NCBI GenBank assembly: GCA_030324005.1
Contig: JARDVH010000128.1
Coordinates: 7,907,563 to 7,971,562 of the forward strand
Origin: Negaprion brevirostris
Taxonomy: Eukaryota
Length of the DNA: 64,000 nucleotides
Direction of reading: 5' to 3'
Shown one piece after another: positions 62,646-64,000 of the stretch; the first letter of the stretch is position 1; every line of letters begins with the position of its first letter. Under the pieces are notes generated by a model. The model was not told the origin of the DNA, made no database searches, and saw only the letters and a list, made by a program, of their open reading frames with translations. Both the position numbers and the translations under genes were made by a program.

Positions 62646-62967
62646 CGAAGACCTTTTTATCTATCTTCCGAATTCGGAAGGAAGAGAAAATGACACGGTT
62701 GCCAAGACAAGAATTAATTTTCTTTTATTCAGTTTGTTTTTAATGATTGACTTAAATGTAAATGAACATTGTTTTTATATTGAAGAGGGACACCGTTCTG
62801 TAACCAACACCCTCTCAACTCTGAGAAATTTGGAAGCCAGTCAGTTTGGTGTGAAAGAAAGCCAGAGCAAGGTTACGTCATGCCTCAACTCTTCATTCTT
62901 TCCATCATTTCTTCCTGCATCTAATCCTTCAGAGTTTGCCTGCAGCTCTCAGCTATTCACTAGTAGA

Positions 62968-63230
62968 AATATACATAGAACAGTACAGCACAGTACAGGC
63001 CCTTCGGTCCTCAATGTTGTGCCGAGTTTTGTCCGAAACCAAGATCAAGCTATCCCACTCCTGTCGTTCTGATGTGCTCCATGTGCCTAACCAATAACCG
63101 CTTGAAAGTTCCTAAAGTGTCCAACTCCACTATCGCAGCAGGCAGTGCATTCCACACCCCAGCCGCTCTCTGAGTAAAGAACCTACCTCGGACATCCCTC
63201 CTACGTCCCCCCACCGTGAACCTTATAGTT
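62968..63230 (-). mobile_element. CR1 LINE 3' end (antisense)
   Basis: catagaacagtacagcacagtacaggcccttcgg..ggcagtgcattccacacccc..tctgagtaaagaacctacctc. Confidence 0.75.
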
Positions 63231-63385
63231 ACGAGCTCCCCTTTTACGTGAAGCAGCGTTTGTCATAAGTTATTTCCTCTTGCTCAAGCAACTACACTCG
63301 TGGTTGAGATTTGAGCACAGGATTCACGTTCACGACTGGGCTTGAAGGACCAGTAAAGTGCTAAATCGCAGTGTTACTTTTACAG

Positions 63386-63485
63386 GGAGAAGAGCGTACA
63401 GGCCCATGTTGGACAGAAGGATGCAATTTCTACAATGGGCGCAATCAGAAGAGAAAAAGATCAATTTAAAGTACCAAAGGATTAA
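63386..63485 (+). CDS. HAGH: HAGH exon 9 (last coding exon)
   Basis: tacag|[33 protein letters not shown]. The spliced CDS totals 915 nt (304 aa) using the inferred exon 4 end. Confidence 0.97.
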
Positions 63486-63894
63486 TTGTACCACGTATTA
63501 ACGCTTACCACCAGCGCTGGAAATTCTAGTATGCCTGGACTAACAGTGAGCTGCATCTGTAAAATGTATATAGATTTTCATGTGTTGCAAATCATTTATG
63601 ATCGTCAGAAATATTTTTTTTAGTGTACGGGGTTTTTGGTCTTTTTGTGACCTGCTTTCTTCTATTTTTCTCCTTGATTCACCTCCCCCACCCCACCTCC
63701 CACCACCACCACCACCCAAAGATGTTCAACCAGGACATTGCAATTTGAACTCATGTGTTACGGAGCGATGAACACCAAATATTCGCACAGAATTTCTGTT
63801 CCCAAAGGTGGGGGGAGAAAAATATAACTCTGGATGAATCCACCATAACAGAAAGATTTTGAAAATGGCTGCAGCTAAATGTATCCCACGTGTA

Positions 63895-64000
63895 GGGCGG
63901 CACAGTGGTTAGCACTGCTGTCTTACAGCGTCAGGAACCCGGGTTCAATCCCAGGCTTGGGTCACCGTCTGTGCGGAGTTTGCACGTTCTCCCTGTGTCT
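63895..64000 (+). mobile_element. HE1-type SINE 5' end (runs off window)
   Basis: gggcggcacagtggttagcactgctg..cccgggttcaatccc..ggtcaccgtctgtgcggagtttgcac. Confidence 0.85.

Noticed and set aside
63895-63960. tRNA genes at the SINE heads (also 14421, 41103, 50135, 55024)
   Set aside because: A/B-box-like motifs continue into SINE cores and LINE-like tails, with no complete cloverleaf.

Overview
This is vertebrate genomic DNA, most likely from a shark: the repeats resemble elasmobranch HE1-type SINEs, DeuSINE, CR1 and Penelope. It comes from a gapped draft assembly. The window holds the conserved MEIOB-FAHD1-HAGH block. There are nine 3' coding exons of MEIOB (+, 486-~42422; the 5' exons lie upstream of the window), the apparently single-exon FAHD1 (-, start hidden in an N gap), and all nine coding exons of HAGH/glyoxalase II (+, 48420-63485), head-to-head with FAHD1. 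Introns are packed with decayed elements: several Harbinger transposons with spliced Myb/SANT ORFs, a CR1>Gypsy>Rex-Babar nest, Tx1, L2, Penelope, many SINEs and an HSP90AB1-like retrocopy. There is no prokaryotic system, CRISPR array or genuine RNA gene. The most notable observations are a perfect 27-bp non-repeat inverted repeat bracketing HAGH exon 4, a GC-AG intron in HAGH, variable heptad arrays in the Harbinger Myb partner protein, one SINE head with two different LINE-like tails, and a locally copied CR1 segment inside the Gypsy element. Gene and repeat identities come from manual translation and recalled family motifs, not database searches. Repeat boundaries are approximate.
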